NCBI GenBank assembly: GCA_964016885.1
Contig: OZ024762.1
Span: 10,540,001-10,604,000, forward strand
From: Eledone cirrhosa
Taxonomy: Eukaryota
Reading direction: 5' to 3'
DNA: 64,000 nucleotides
Below the pieces are notes generated by a model. It was given only the letters and a program-made list of their open reading frames with translations, had not been told where the DNA came from and did no database searches. Positions 53,958-64,000 of this stretch are shown piece by piece; position 1 is the first letter of the stretch, and every line of letters starts with the position of its first letter. The position numbers and the translations under genes were made by a program.

Positions 53958-54829
53958 CAATACTATAATCTAGTCCATCCACACCTAGAAGCGTTAAAAG
54001 ATTGGCTTTTATTTGTTTGGTTATTTATTATTTATATATGTATATTCTTTTCCTTTTTTCATATATATATATTTATATATATATATATATGAAAAAATGG
54101 GGAGAAGAATACTGCAGGTTGCACATGGATAACATGTAATAAAATGAGTCCCTCATCAGTGATTTGCCGACGATCATAGATATTTCATTGCATTAAAAAT
54201 CATATACCTCACGTCGGTGCAATAATAACTAAATTAAGTTATTAGGACAATTAAAACGCGTAAAACGAGTGAGACAAGATAACAACAAAGAGGAGAGCTA
54301 ACCGTAGAGAGGAAGGGAACAAGCTACATAGTTATTCTGTTAGCATAAGCTAGGTGAATATATGAGCGCTTAGAAAAAAGACCTTTCGAGATGAATCCTA
54401 ATGTGAGAAAGAGAGAAAATGTTTTCGTCGCGAACGGGGTGAAGTGAGAAGGGGAGAAACAGTGAGTGAGTGAGTGGAAGTGTGAGGAAGAGTTAACTGA
54501 CATGACAGAGGGGGCGAAAGAAAGTAGGAGAAACAGAGAGAACGAGGGAGCAGTAAGAGAGAGAGAGAGAGAGAGAAAAACAGAATCGCAGTTTAGGTAA
54601 ATATATGTGAAAAAATGGGGAGAAGAATACTGCAGGTTGCACATGGATAACATGTAATAAAATGAGTCCCTCATCAGTGATTTGCCGACGATCATAGATA
54701 TTTCATTGCATTAAAAATCATATACCTCACGATATATATATATATATATGTGTGTGTGTGTTTGTGTGTGTGTTAGGTATTTCCGCAGAAATGGTAAAGG
54801 AAAGAAGAGTGCTCAATGTGTAGTACAGA

Positions 54830-54999
54830 GCTATTTAATTACATAATAAACAACACAATATAATTATTAGGAGGCTAGACGATCTTTACAGGAACGTCCA
54901 GTTCGTTCATCAAATGAAAACAAACTGGACGTTTCTGTAAAGATCGTCTAGTCTCCTGAAACCTTTGGTAATGGAATAATTATTGTGTTGTTTATTATG

Positions 55000-55002
<3 letters not shown>
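54830..55002. mobile_element. Diverged fold-back element next to (TA)n
   Basis: ATTACATAATAAACAACACAATA...CTAGACGATCTTTACAGGAACGTCCAG is inverted around ~54912. Confidence 0.6.
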
Positions 55003-55057
<55 letters not shown>

Positions 55058-55264
55058 TATTTACATCGATAAGTGCTGGTCGAAGTAAACCGGACCTAAC
55101 CAGAGCTGAGCGGAACTAACGAAAGATGTTTGAAGTTGATGGGACCTTTCCAATAACAATCAAAACAACACCAACACCACCAACACCACCAATAACAACA
55201 ACAATAACAACAGTAACATCAACAACAGTAACAATAAGCGAAAGTTTGTCCAAGTGTAACTTAC

Positions 55265-55350
55265 TCTAGTTGAGTGACTTTCTCGGAAAGAGCCGCTAAA
55301 GTACAGAAGTTTTTAAAGTTGATTCGTTTACATTCAGAGAGTTTCATAAT
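55265..55350 (-). CDS. EF-hand-like protein exon (IMKLSECKRINFKNFCTLAALSEKVTQLE)
   Basis: TTTTTCCGTTACAG acceptor and AGA|GTAAGT donor, 86 nt, phase 0 to 2. INF..F resembles an EF-hand exit. Confidence 0.87.
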
Positions 55351-55724
55351 CTGTAACGGAAAAAGAGAAATTTAAAAGTTTAAAAATTAGTCACGAAGGA
55401 AATGTAAAAATAACAACTATTTTATATTAGAATACAAAGCCAAGCCTCACCTCCCAATTTTATATATCAAAGTTAGATTGGCACAATTAATTGGAATTGA
55501 AATGTTATAAATACAAGTATTAAATTAAACAATTTAAAACAAGTAATTGGAAACTTATACATACAAGTATTAAATTAAAAAAATTCTAACCATCTTGAAA
55601 CTAAAAGCCAGACTGAAGGCCCAAATAAATTGCTACGGCTGTCGCTGGAGAGGCCCCTCCCAGTGCAGGGAGCCATGGATACCCCCCCCCCACTAAGTTC
55701 GGTCCTGATTACTATTGTCAACTG

Positions 55725-57960
55725 GTCACTTTATAATACTACCAGTACCAAGTGGTCAGTTTATAATAGTACTAGTACCAGTGATCAGTTTCTAAAAGAA
55801 CCGGTACCTAGTGGTCCCTATATAATAGTACCAGCACCAAGTGGTCCCTATATAATAGTACCAGCACCAAGTGGTCCCTATATAATAGTACCAGTACCAG
55901 TGGTTACTATATAATAGTACCAGCACCAAGTGGTCCCTATATAATAGTACCAGTACCAGTGGTCACTATATAATAGTACCAGTGATCACTTTATAATACT
56001 ACCAGTACCAAGTGGTCAGTTTATAATAGTACTAGTAGCAGTGGTCAGTTTATAACAGAACCGGTACCTAGTGGTCACTTTATAATAGTACCAGTAACAG
56101 TGGTCCCTATATAATAGTATTAGCACCAAGTGGTCACTATATAATAGTACCAGCACCAAGTGGTCACTATATAATAGTACCAGCACCAAGTGGTCACTAT
56201 ATAATAGTACCAGCACTAAGTGGTCACTATATAGTATCAGCACCAAGTGGTCACTATATAATAGTACCAGCACCAGTGGTCACTATATAATAGTATCAGT
56301 ACCAGTGGTCACTATATAATAGTACCAGCACCAGTGGTCACTATATAATAGTATCAGTACCAAGTGGTCACTATATAATAGTATCAGTACCAAGTGGTCA
56401 CTATATAATAGTATCAGTACCAAGTGGTCACTATATAATAGTACCAGCACCAAGTGGTCACTATATAATAGTATCAGTACCAAGTGGTCACTATATAATA
56501 GTATCAGTACCAGTGGTCACTATATAATAGTACCAGCACCAAGTGGTCACTATATAATAGTACCAGCACCAAGTGGTCACTATATAATAGTACCAGCACC
56601 AGGTGGTCACTATATAATAGTATCAGTACCAGTGGTCACTATATAATAGTACCAGCACCAAGTGGTTACTATATAATAGTACCAGCACCAAGTGGTCACT
56701 ATATAATAGTATCAGTACCAGTGGTCACTATATAATAGTACCAGCACCAAGTGGTCACTATATAATAGTACCAGCACCAGGTGGTCACTATATAATAGTA
56801 TCAGTACCAGTGGTCACTATATAATAGTACCAGCACCAAGTGGTTACTATATAATAGTACCAGCACCAAGTGGTCACTATATAATAGTACCAGCACCAAG
56901 TGGTCACTATATAATAGTACCAGCACCAGGTGGTCACTATATAATAGTATCAGTACCAGTGGTCACTATATAATAGTACCAGCACCAAGTGGTTACTATA
57001 TAATAGTACCAGCACCAAGTGGTCACTATATAATAGTACCAGCACCAAGTGGTCACTATATAATAGTACCAGCACCAGGTGGTCACTATATAATAGTATC
57101 AGTACCAGTGGTCACTATATAATAGTACCAGCACCAAGTGGTTACTATATAATAGTACCAGCACCAAGTGGTCACTATATAATAGTACCAGCACCAAGTG
57201 GTCACTATATAATAGTACCAGCACCAGGTGGTCACTATATAATAGTATCAGTACCAGTGGTCACTATATAATAGTACCAGCACCAAGTGGTTACTATATA
57301 ATAGTACCAGCACCAAGTGGTCACTATATAATAGTACCAGCACCAAGTGGTTACTATATAATAGTACCAGCACCAAGTGGTTACTATATAATAGTACCAG
57401 CACCAAGTGGTCACTATATAATAGTACCAGCACTAGGTGGTCACTATATAATAGTATCAGTACCAGTGGTCACTATATAATAGTACCAGCACCAAGTGGT
57501 TACTATATAATAGTACCAGCACCAAGTGGTCACTATATAATAGTATCAGTACCAGTGGTCACTATATAATAGTACCAGCACCAAGTGGTCACTATATAAT
57601 AGTACCAGCACCAAGTGGTTACTATATAATAGTACCAGCACCAAGTGGTTACTATATAATAGTACCAGCACCAAGTGGTCACTATATAATAGTATCAGTA
57701 CCAGTGGTCACTATATAATAGTACCAGCACTAGGTGGTCACTATATAATAGTATCAGTACCAGTGGTCACTATATAATAGTACCAGCACCAAGTGGTTAC
57801 TATATAATAGTACCAGCACCAAGTGGTCACTATATAATAGTACCAGCACCAAGTGGTTACTATATAATAGTATCAGTACCAGTGGTCACTATATAATAGA
57901 ACCAGTGATCACTTTATAATAGTACCAGTACTAAGTGGTCACTTTATAATACTATGGTCA
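55725..57960. repeat. 29-30-bp minisatellite, ~75 copies with higher-order blocks
   Basis: AGTGGTCACTATATAATAGTACCAGCACCA. Confidence 0.97.
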
Positions 57961-58224
57961 ATTTATAAAGTTTTCTTATGTTGGCACAAGGCCGACAGTT
58001 TGTTTTAAGAGGGGGGGGGGATTAAATCGACCTCAGTATATTACTGGTATTTTATTTTATTGATCCTTTAAGGATGAAAGGTAAAGTTGATTGGGATTTG
58101 AACTCAGAATGTAAAGGTTACCTTATATTAATATAGATACCAACTGTCAACATATAATACTATAGTGCTACTATAAACATACATAGAGCAGGTATAAATA
58201 TATATATTACTGCTATAAACCAGG

Positions 58225-58865
58225 CATGAGGTATTCTTCGGACATATGGTAGATATATAAACATATATAGAAGAGGTATTCTATGTACATAGTAGAGATA
58301 TACTATGTAGATAGTAGAAAATATAAAGATATATAGTAGAGTTATTCTATGCACATAGTAGAGATATACTATGTACATAGAACAATATATAAAGATAAAT
58401 AGTAGAGGTATTCTATGTACATAGTAGAGATATAGTAGATATATAAAAATATATAGAAGAGGTATTCTACGTACACAGTAGAGGTATACTATGTACATAG
58501 TAGAATATATAAATATATATAGTAGAGGGATTTCTATGTACATAGTAGAATATATAAATATATATAGTAGAGGGATTTCTATGTACATAGTAGAATATAT
58601 AAATATATATAGTAGAGGGATTTCTATGTACATAGTAGAATATATAAATATATATAGTAGAGGGATTTCTATGTACATAGTAGATATATAAAAATATATA
58701 GAAGAGGTATTCTACGTACACAGTAGAGGTATACTATGGAGATATATAAACGTATATAGTAGAGGTATTCTATGTACATAGTAGAGATATAGTACAGATA
58801 TATAGTAGAGATATATAGGTATAGTACAGATATATAAAGATATATAGTAGAGGTATACTACGTAC
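58225..58865. repeat. Minisatellite resembling the adjacent exon end and splice donor
   Basis: Repeated CTATGTACATAGTAGA, which reads TCTACTAT|GTAC on -. Confidence 0.75.
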
Positions 58866-58958
58866 ATAGTAGAGACTATCTGCTGATTCCTTCGGTATCA
58901 GGTGTTTATTGATTTGCCGGAAGATGTTCTCCAGATCTGAGAAATCAACTTCCGCGTC
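58866..58958 (-). CDS. EF-hand-like protein exon (DAEVDFSDLENIFRQINKHLIPKESADSLYY)
   Basis: CCATGTTTCAG acceptor and TAT|GTACGT donor, 93 nt, phase 0-0. Confidence 0.83.
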
Positions 58959-59875
58959 CTGAAACATGGAAGACATATTGGAATTGGTGGGAGGAGGTGG
59001 TATGAGGAGGTGGTGGGAGGGTGGTGTTGGTGGGAGGAGATGGAGGTGGTGGATATAATAAACTTTTCCCTGCCTCAAAGCCGCACATTTTCTGGCCTTG
59101 TGCTTAAATAAAGTACCAGTAACACGCTGGAGGTCGATTTGATAAAATACCAGTCAAGTACTGAGGTCGCCAAACATTCACACATACACACACACACGCA
59201 ACCTCCCAACTACCCAACCACACAGCCCCCCAACCAACTCTAATACATCAGAACTAAGAACCGCAGTGTGTCAACATACTACCACACATTCACACATAGA
59301 CACACGCAACCACCAAACTACCCCCCCCCCCCCCCCCCACACACACAGCCCCCCAACCAACTCTAATACATCAGAACTAAGAACCTCAGTGTGTCAACAC
59401 ACGCCAAACAATACTCCATTCAGTAAAAAGTGACAATTCTAGAGATATCTCCCATTCTGATAATAACTTCTTATTTACGACGTCATATCATAACACAACA
59501 CACAACACTCTGTCATGTCTTCGGAAATGGATTTCTTTTACAGTTCTGACCGGTTATGGCTGGTTATGGTTTATTTTTTTTATTGTGGTTTATTTTTAAA
59601 ATCGTTCAATTCAGGATGTGAAGATACTTTTGTTGTTTTTTTTATTTGGTGGTTATTGTTGTTAGTGTTGTGGCTGCTGTTTTTGTTGGCAGTGTTGTTG
59701 TTGTTGTTGTTGTTGGCGCTGTTGTTCTTGCTATTGTTAACAGTGTTGTTGTTGTTGGCGGTGTGATGATCCTGTTCCAATATTTTATTGTGTGTGTGTG
59801 TGTGTGTGGATATATATATATATATATATATATACTGTTTTGAAGAACCTGTTTCAATATTTTATTGTGTGTGTG

Positions 59876-59908
<33 letters not shown>

Positions 59909-60170
59909 GGGGGATGGAGAGAGAGTGAGTGACAGAGAGAGAGTGAGTGAGAGAGAGAGAGGGGGAGGGATATATATATAGGGAGAGGGAGTGAGAGACA
60001 GAGAGAGAGAGAGAGAGACCGTTGACCTCAGTATATAACTGGTACTCTATCAACCTCAAATAAATGAAAAGCAAAGTTATTCTCAACGGAAATTTCAACG
60101 AAGAATGCAGCAGAGAAGCCAAAACGTTTTGTCCACTCCCCTAGCGACCGTCCATTTGAGCCGTACTTAC

Positions 60171-60292
60171 GTTAATTGGATGAAGTTTATCAAAAAGATT
60201 GCTTTGTTGGCGTCTGAATGTCGGGGAGATATTTTGGGTTGTAGTGAGAGGCTTTTCACTCCAACAAAATGTTTGTAGTCTGTCGATTAGAT
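60171..60292 (-). CDS. EF-hand-like protein exon ((D)LIDRLQTFCWSEKPLTTTQNISPTFRRQQSNLFDKLHPIN)
   Basis: TTTGTTTTCAG acceptor and AAC|GTAAGT donor, 122 nt, phase 1 to 0. Confidence 0.83.
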
Positions 60293-60407
60293 CTGAAAAC
60301 AAATATATACAAATATACACACAAATATATATATAAAACAAAACACTATAAGGCAAATAAGATATTAAATAAACATACCCATTGCCAGTTTTCGTGCGTG
60401 TATATAT

Positions 60408-60457
<50 letters not shown>

Positions 60458-60577
60458 TAAATATATATATATACATATATATGACAAACGGCCAGAAATT
60501 GGTGGAGGGGGGGGGGTAGAATGATGTCTAAGACACAAGGTAGAAGGTCACAGATTTTATATACAGCAGGAAGTATT

Positions 60578-60621
<44 letters not shown>

Positions 60622-60892
60622 GGAAGAAGTTTAACCCCGACATAAAGTACCAGTAATACACTGAGATAATTGCTGGCCTTGTGCCAAAAGTAGAAACAAT
60701 TATTTTACACAGATGTATCATCTATCGACAATATGATACAGGTACACTTCAGTATTGTTCGACCATTGGCCATTAATTCATATTAGTGGTCCGTAGGATT
60801 TCAAATTATGAATTTAGTGGTCCGTGAGATTTGAAAGGTTGGTGACCACTGATTTAAAGTAAACCCAAGTCTGCATCAAATATACAACTTAC

Positions 60893-60983
60893 CTTGTACA
60901 AGTTGTATTTCTTTCTTAGTTGTTTCAACTCTACAATGGAGGACATCGAATTCACAGTTGGAACGGTACAGGATGTCATTGAT
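60893..60983 (-). CDS. EF-hand-like protein exon (INDILYRSNCEFDVLHCRVETTKKEIQLVQ); 5' boundary uncertain, in-frame ATG at 60992
   Basis: AAG|GTAAGT donor, phase 1 matching the next exon. The acceptor is taken as the first AG (AAG) after a pyrimidine tract. Confidence 0.72.
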
Positions 60984-61334
60984 CTTGTCCATTAGCGATA
61001 GTGGTGAACAGGTATGGAAAAGAAAGAGCGTATATATATATATTGTTATACTTGGGGAGGGTCATATTGTTGTAATAATATTGCCAGAAATAATAACAAA
61101 ACACAGTCACTGTTTGGTTGGTTTTCGCTTCTGTATCTTTTATATCTTCATAGTTAATTTATTTGGCAATTATTACTATTATTTCTGTTATTATTTCTGG
61201 CAATATTATTACAACAATATGACCCTCTCCAAGTATAACAATATTTGTTTCGACACCCGATTTCATATAAAAAAAAAGTCACAATATATATATATACGGC
61301 CTACCGCATACGGACGCTTTAAGCATCTAACACC

Positions 61335-61397
<63 letters not shown>

Positions 61398-61481
61398 TAA
61401 CAGATTAAAGTTTAAGCAAGGAATCGCTACTTACACCCTTAACGGGATCTTCTGAAACTAACAAAGTCAATCTGTAAACGC

Positions 61482-61538
<57 letters not shown>

Positions 61539-61571
61539 AATAACATTAAGAAAGATGCTATAAATCGTTTA

Positions 61572-61607
61572 TTCATAATAATTATTTCAACGGTATCCTC
61601 AGATGAA
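61572..61607 (-). ncRNA. Hammerhead motif with collapsed stem II
   Basis: TTCAT CTGAGGA TACCGTT GAAA TAATTA TT ATGAA TAAA. Confidence 0.55.
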
Positions 61608-61767
61608 ATTCGATTAATTACGTAATCGATGTCATACGCATTTCCATGAGAACTATATTACGTTGAATGCACCATCATGCTTACACAAGTATTTATTGAA
61701 AAATACATGTGACCGGAAAACTAATAACACGTAATTATCATTATACTTACACAACACACAGACACAC

Positions 61768-61816
<49 letters not shown>

Positions 61817-61954
61817 GCTCCTCGAGAGGAAAGACTAGATAAAGCCATATTGCTTCTAATCTATCATTTGATTCTAATGACACAAGTGTTTATTGATTAA
61901 TATCGACATTAGGAAAACTGATAGCAGGAGTGACACGATAATTGACACACAAAT

Positions 61955-61985
<31 letters not shown>

Positions 61986-62455
61986 GGAAAAAGTATGACC
62001 CCGACGGTAGAGCTCAAGCCGTTTCAACGGGGTCATACTTTTTCCTATTTCCCACTCTACTACCCTAAGTATTGAGTACTCTGGTGCGTTATGGTCCATC
62101 TGGTTCCTTACCACAATTCCTTTGTTATATATATATATATATTTATATATATTTTAATATAGATGAGATTCTACAGGACTAGAACTGTTTCATTCTTTAG
62201 AAATCATCAGGAATCTGATGATTTCTAAAGAATGAAACAGTTCTAGTCCTGTAGAATCTCATCTATATTAAAACTTTTATACTCTGCAATGTATTGAGTA
62301 CCTTACTTACTGTGGTTACCTCCGATTCAACCCGGAATAACGTACTTATATATATATATATATATACACATATATATATACATACACACACTTAGATATA
62401 TATACATACACACACACACACACATATACATACACACACACACACACATATACAT

Positions 62456-62493
<38 letters not shown>

Positions 62494-63348
62494 TCATACA
62501 CACAAATATACACATATATATATATATATACTTATACATACATATATACACACACATACACACATGCATAGACATACATATACACACAAACACAGACATA
62601 TATACACTCAATACTGTATTTGAGAGGAGGGGAAACACGAGACAAACCAATATGGCGTCTAATGATTTAATATTTAAAAAATGATATTCTAAGCAAACAC
62701 GATAATGGCTTCTACCTTAGGCAAAGACTATCAATTTGAGAAAGGGGAGGAGAAAGCCGATTAAATCAATCCCAGTGCATTACTGGTACTTTATTTTATC
62801 GACCCCGCGAAAGGATGAAAGGCAAATTTAACTTCGGCGGGATTTGAACTCAGAAAGTAAAGGGACATAACTCTATGCTGCAAAGTATGGTGTCTGACGT
62901 TCTACCAATAGGCACAAGGCCATCAATTTTAGGTGGAAAGGAAAGCCGATTAAATAAACCCCAGTGCATTACTGGTACTTTATTTTATCGACCCCGCCGA
63001 AAGGATGAAAGGCAAAGTTAACCTCGGGGGGATTTGAACTCAGAACGTAAGGGGACAGGACTCTATGCTGCAAAGCATGGTATCTGACGCTCTACCGATT
63101 CAACTGACAGTCCACCGGCCTTAGTGAAGAAATAATTGTTTCTACTTTCGGCACAAGGCCAGCAATTAACCCTAGTGTATTACTGATACTTTATTTTATC
63201 GACCCGCGTAAGGATGAAAGGCAAAGTTAACCTTGGCGGGATTTGAAATCAGAACGTAAAGGGCCGTAACTCCATGCTGCAAAGCATGGCGTCCGACACT
63301 CTACCGATACTGGCAATGATGTTTAAATATTTGACTCGATATATTTAC

Positions 63349-63378
63349 CTGGTTTGCAACATTTTCAATGCTTTGGGT
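63349..63378 (-). CDS. 30-nt micro-exon of the minus-strand gene (TQSIENVANQ)
   Basis: Long pyrimidine tract plus TAG acceptor, and CAG|GTAAAT donor. Confidence 0.65.
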
Positions 63379-63445
63379 CTAAAAATAAACAGAAAAGAGA
63401 GAACCTTACAAAACATTATATATATATATGACCCACCCAAAGTGT

Positions 63446-63529
<84 letters not shown>

Positions 63530-63791
63530 ATGTATGTGTGTGTGGTGGTGTGTCTAATTGCATTTTTCGCAAAATTTATGAGAAACCGATATAGAGATAT
63601 TTCAGGTTATATCAACACCGTCCTTGTTGATAACAGTCAAGTTGTTGAGACTCGTGTTTATGCACATACATGGATACATACATGCATATATATATATATA
63701 TATACATACATACACACACATACATACATACATATGTATATATATGTATGTATATATATATATATATATACATATATATATACACACATAG

Positions 63792-63827
<36 letters not shown>

Positions 63828-63833
63828 ATATAT

Positions 63834-63864
<31 letters not shown>

Positions 63865-63868
63865 CACA

Positions 63869-63909
<41 letters not shown>

Positions 63910-63925
63910 TTATCAATACATTTAC

Positions 63926-64000
63926 CTTGTGAAAGACCGTTTCACCAGTAGAACTAGTTCGGCTAAATTCTGCATATGTCTCCTCACTTTTCTTTGCAAT
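63926..64000 (-). CDS. Partial exon running off the window (...[25 protein letters not shown])
   Basis: AAG|GTAAAT donor and open frame in phase 0. Confidence 0.6.

Noticed and set aside
55725-57960. About 75 TATATAA boxes as a promoter array
   Set aside because: By-product of an AT-rich minisatellite unit; no other promoter evidence.
60993-61025. U12-type AT-AC acceptor (TTCCATAC on -)
   Set aside because: No U12 branch point or ATATCC donor; an ordinary AAG acceptor keeps the frame.

Overview
Eukaryotic, extremely microsatellite-rich animal DNA. The tRNA-headed SINE family, (TA)n load and RTE/Penelope-type debris point to an octopod cephalopod (inference). Almost every ORF in the supplied track is a repeat artefact. 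Reading splice sites by hand gives two real spliced genes in tail-to-tail orientation. (1) On + is a complete 92-aa NDUFA4-family, C15orf48/NMES1 (COXFA4L3)-like gene with coding exons at 31569-31616, 37182-37270, 38692-38752 and 40029-40109. It has candidate alternative non-coding first exons, one with tandem ETS sites (~25.8 kb) and one with an RFX X-box (~30.3 kb). (2) On - is the 3' part (9 exons, 64000 to 45466) of an uncharacterised degenerate EF-hand-like protein. The rest is SINEs, RTE-clade LINE fragments (two 5'-inverted), hAT and mariner MITEs, many minisatellites and a 200-N gap. The most striking non-genic signal is at least 8 sequence families of short elements inserted in (TA)n tracts. 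Many are long fold-back palindromes with a one-sided tail, and they carry minimal type-I hammerhead ribozyme motifs with palindromic loop III, usually followed by AATAAA (Penelope-like pLTR architecture). There is also a short internally deleted RTE derivative with an HDV-like ribozyme-shaped 5' end. No database search or folding program was run; family names come from motif recognition.
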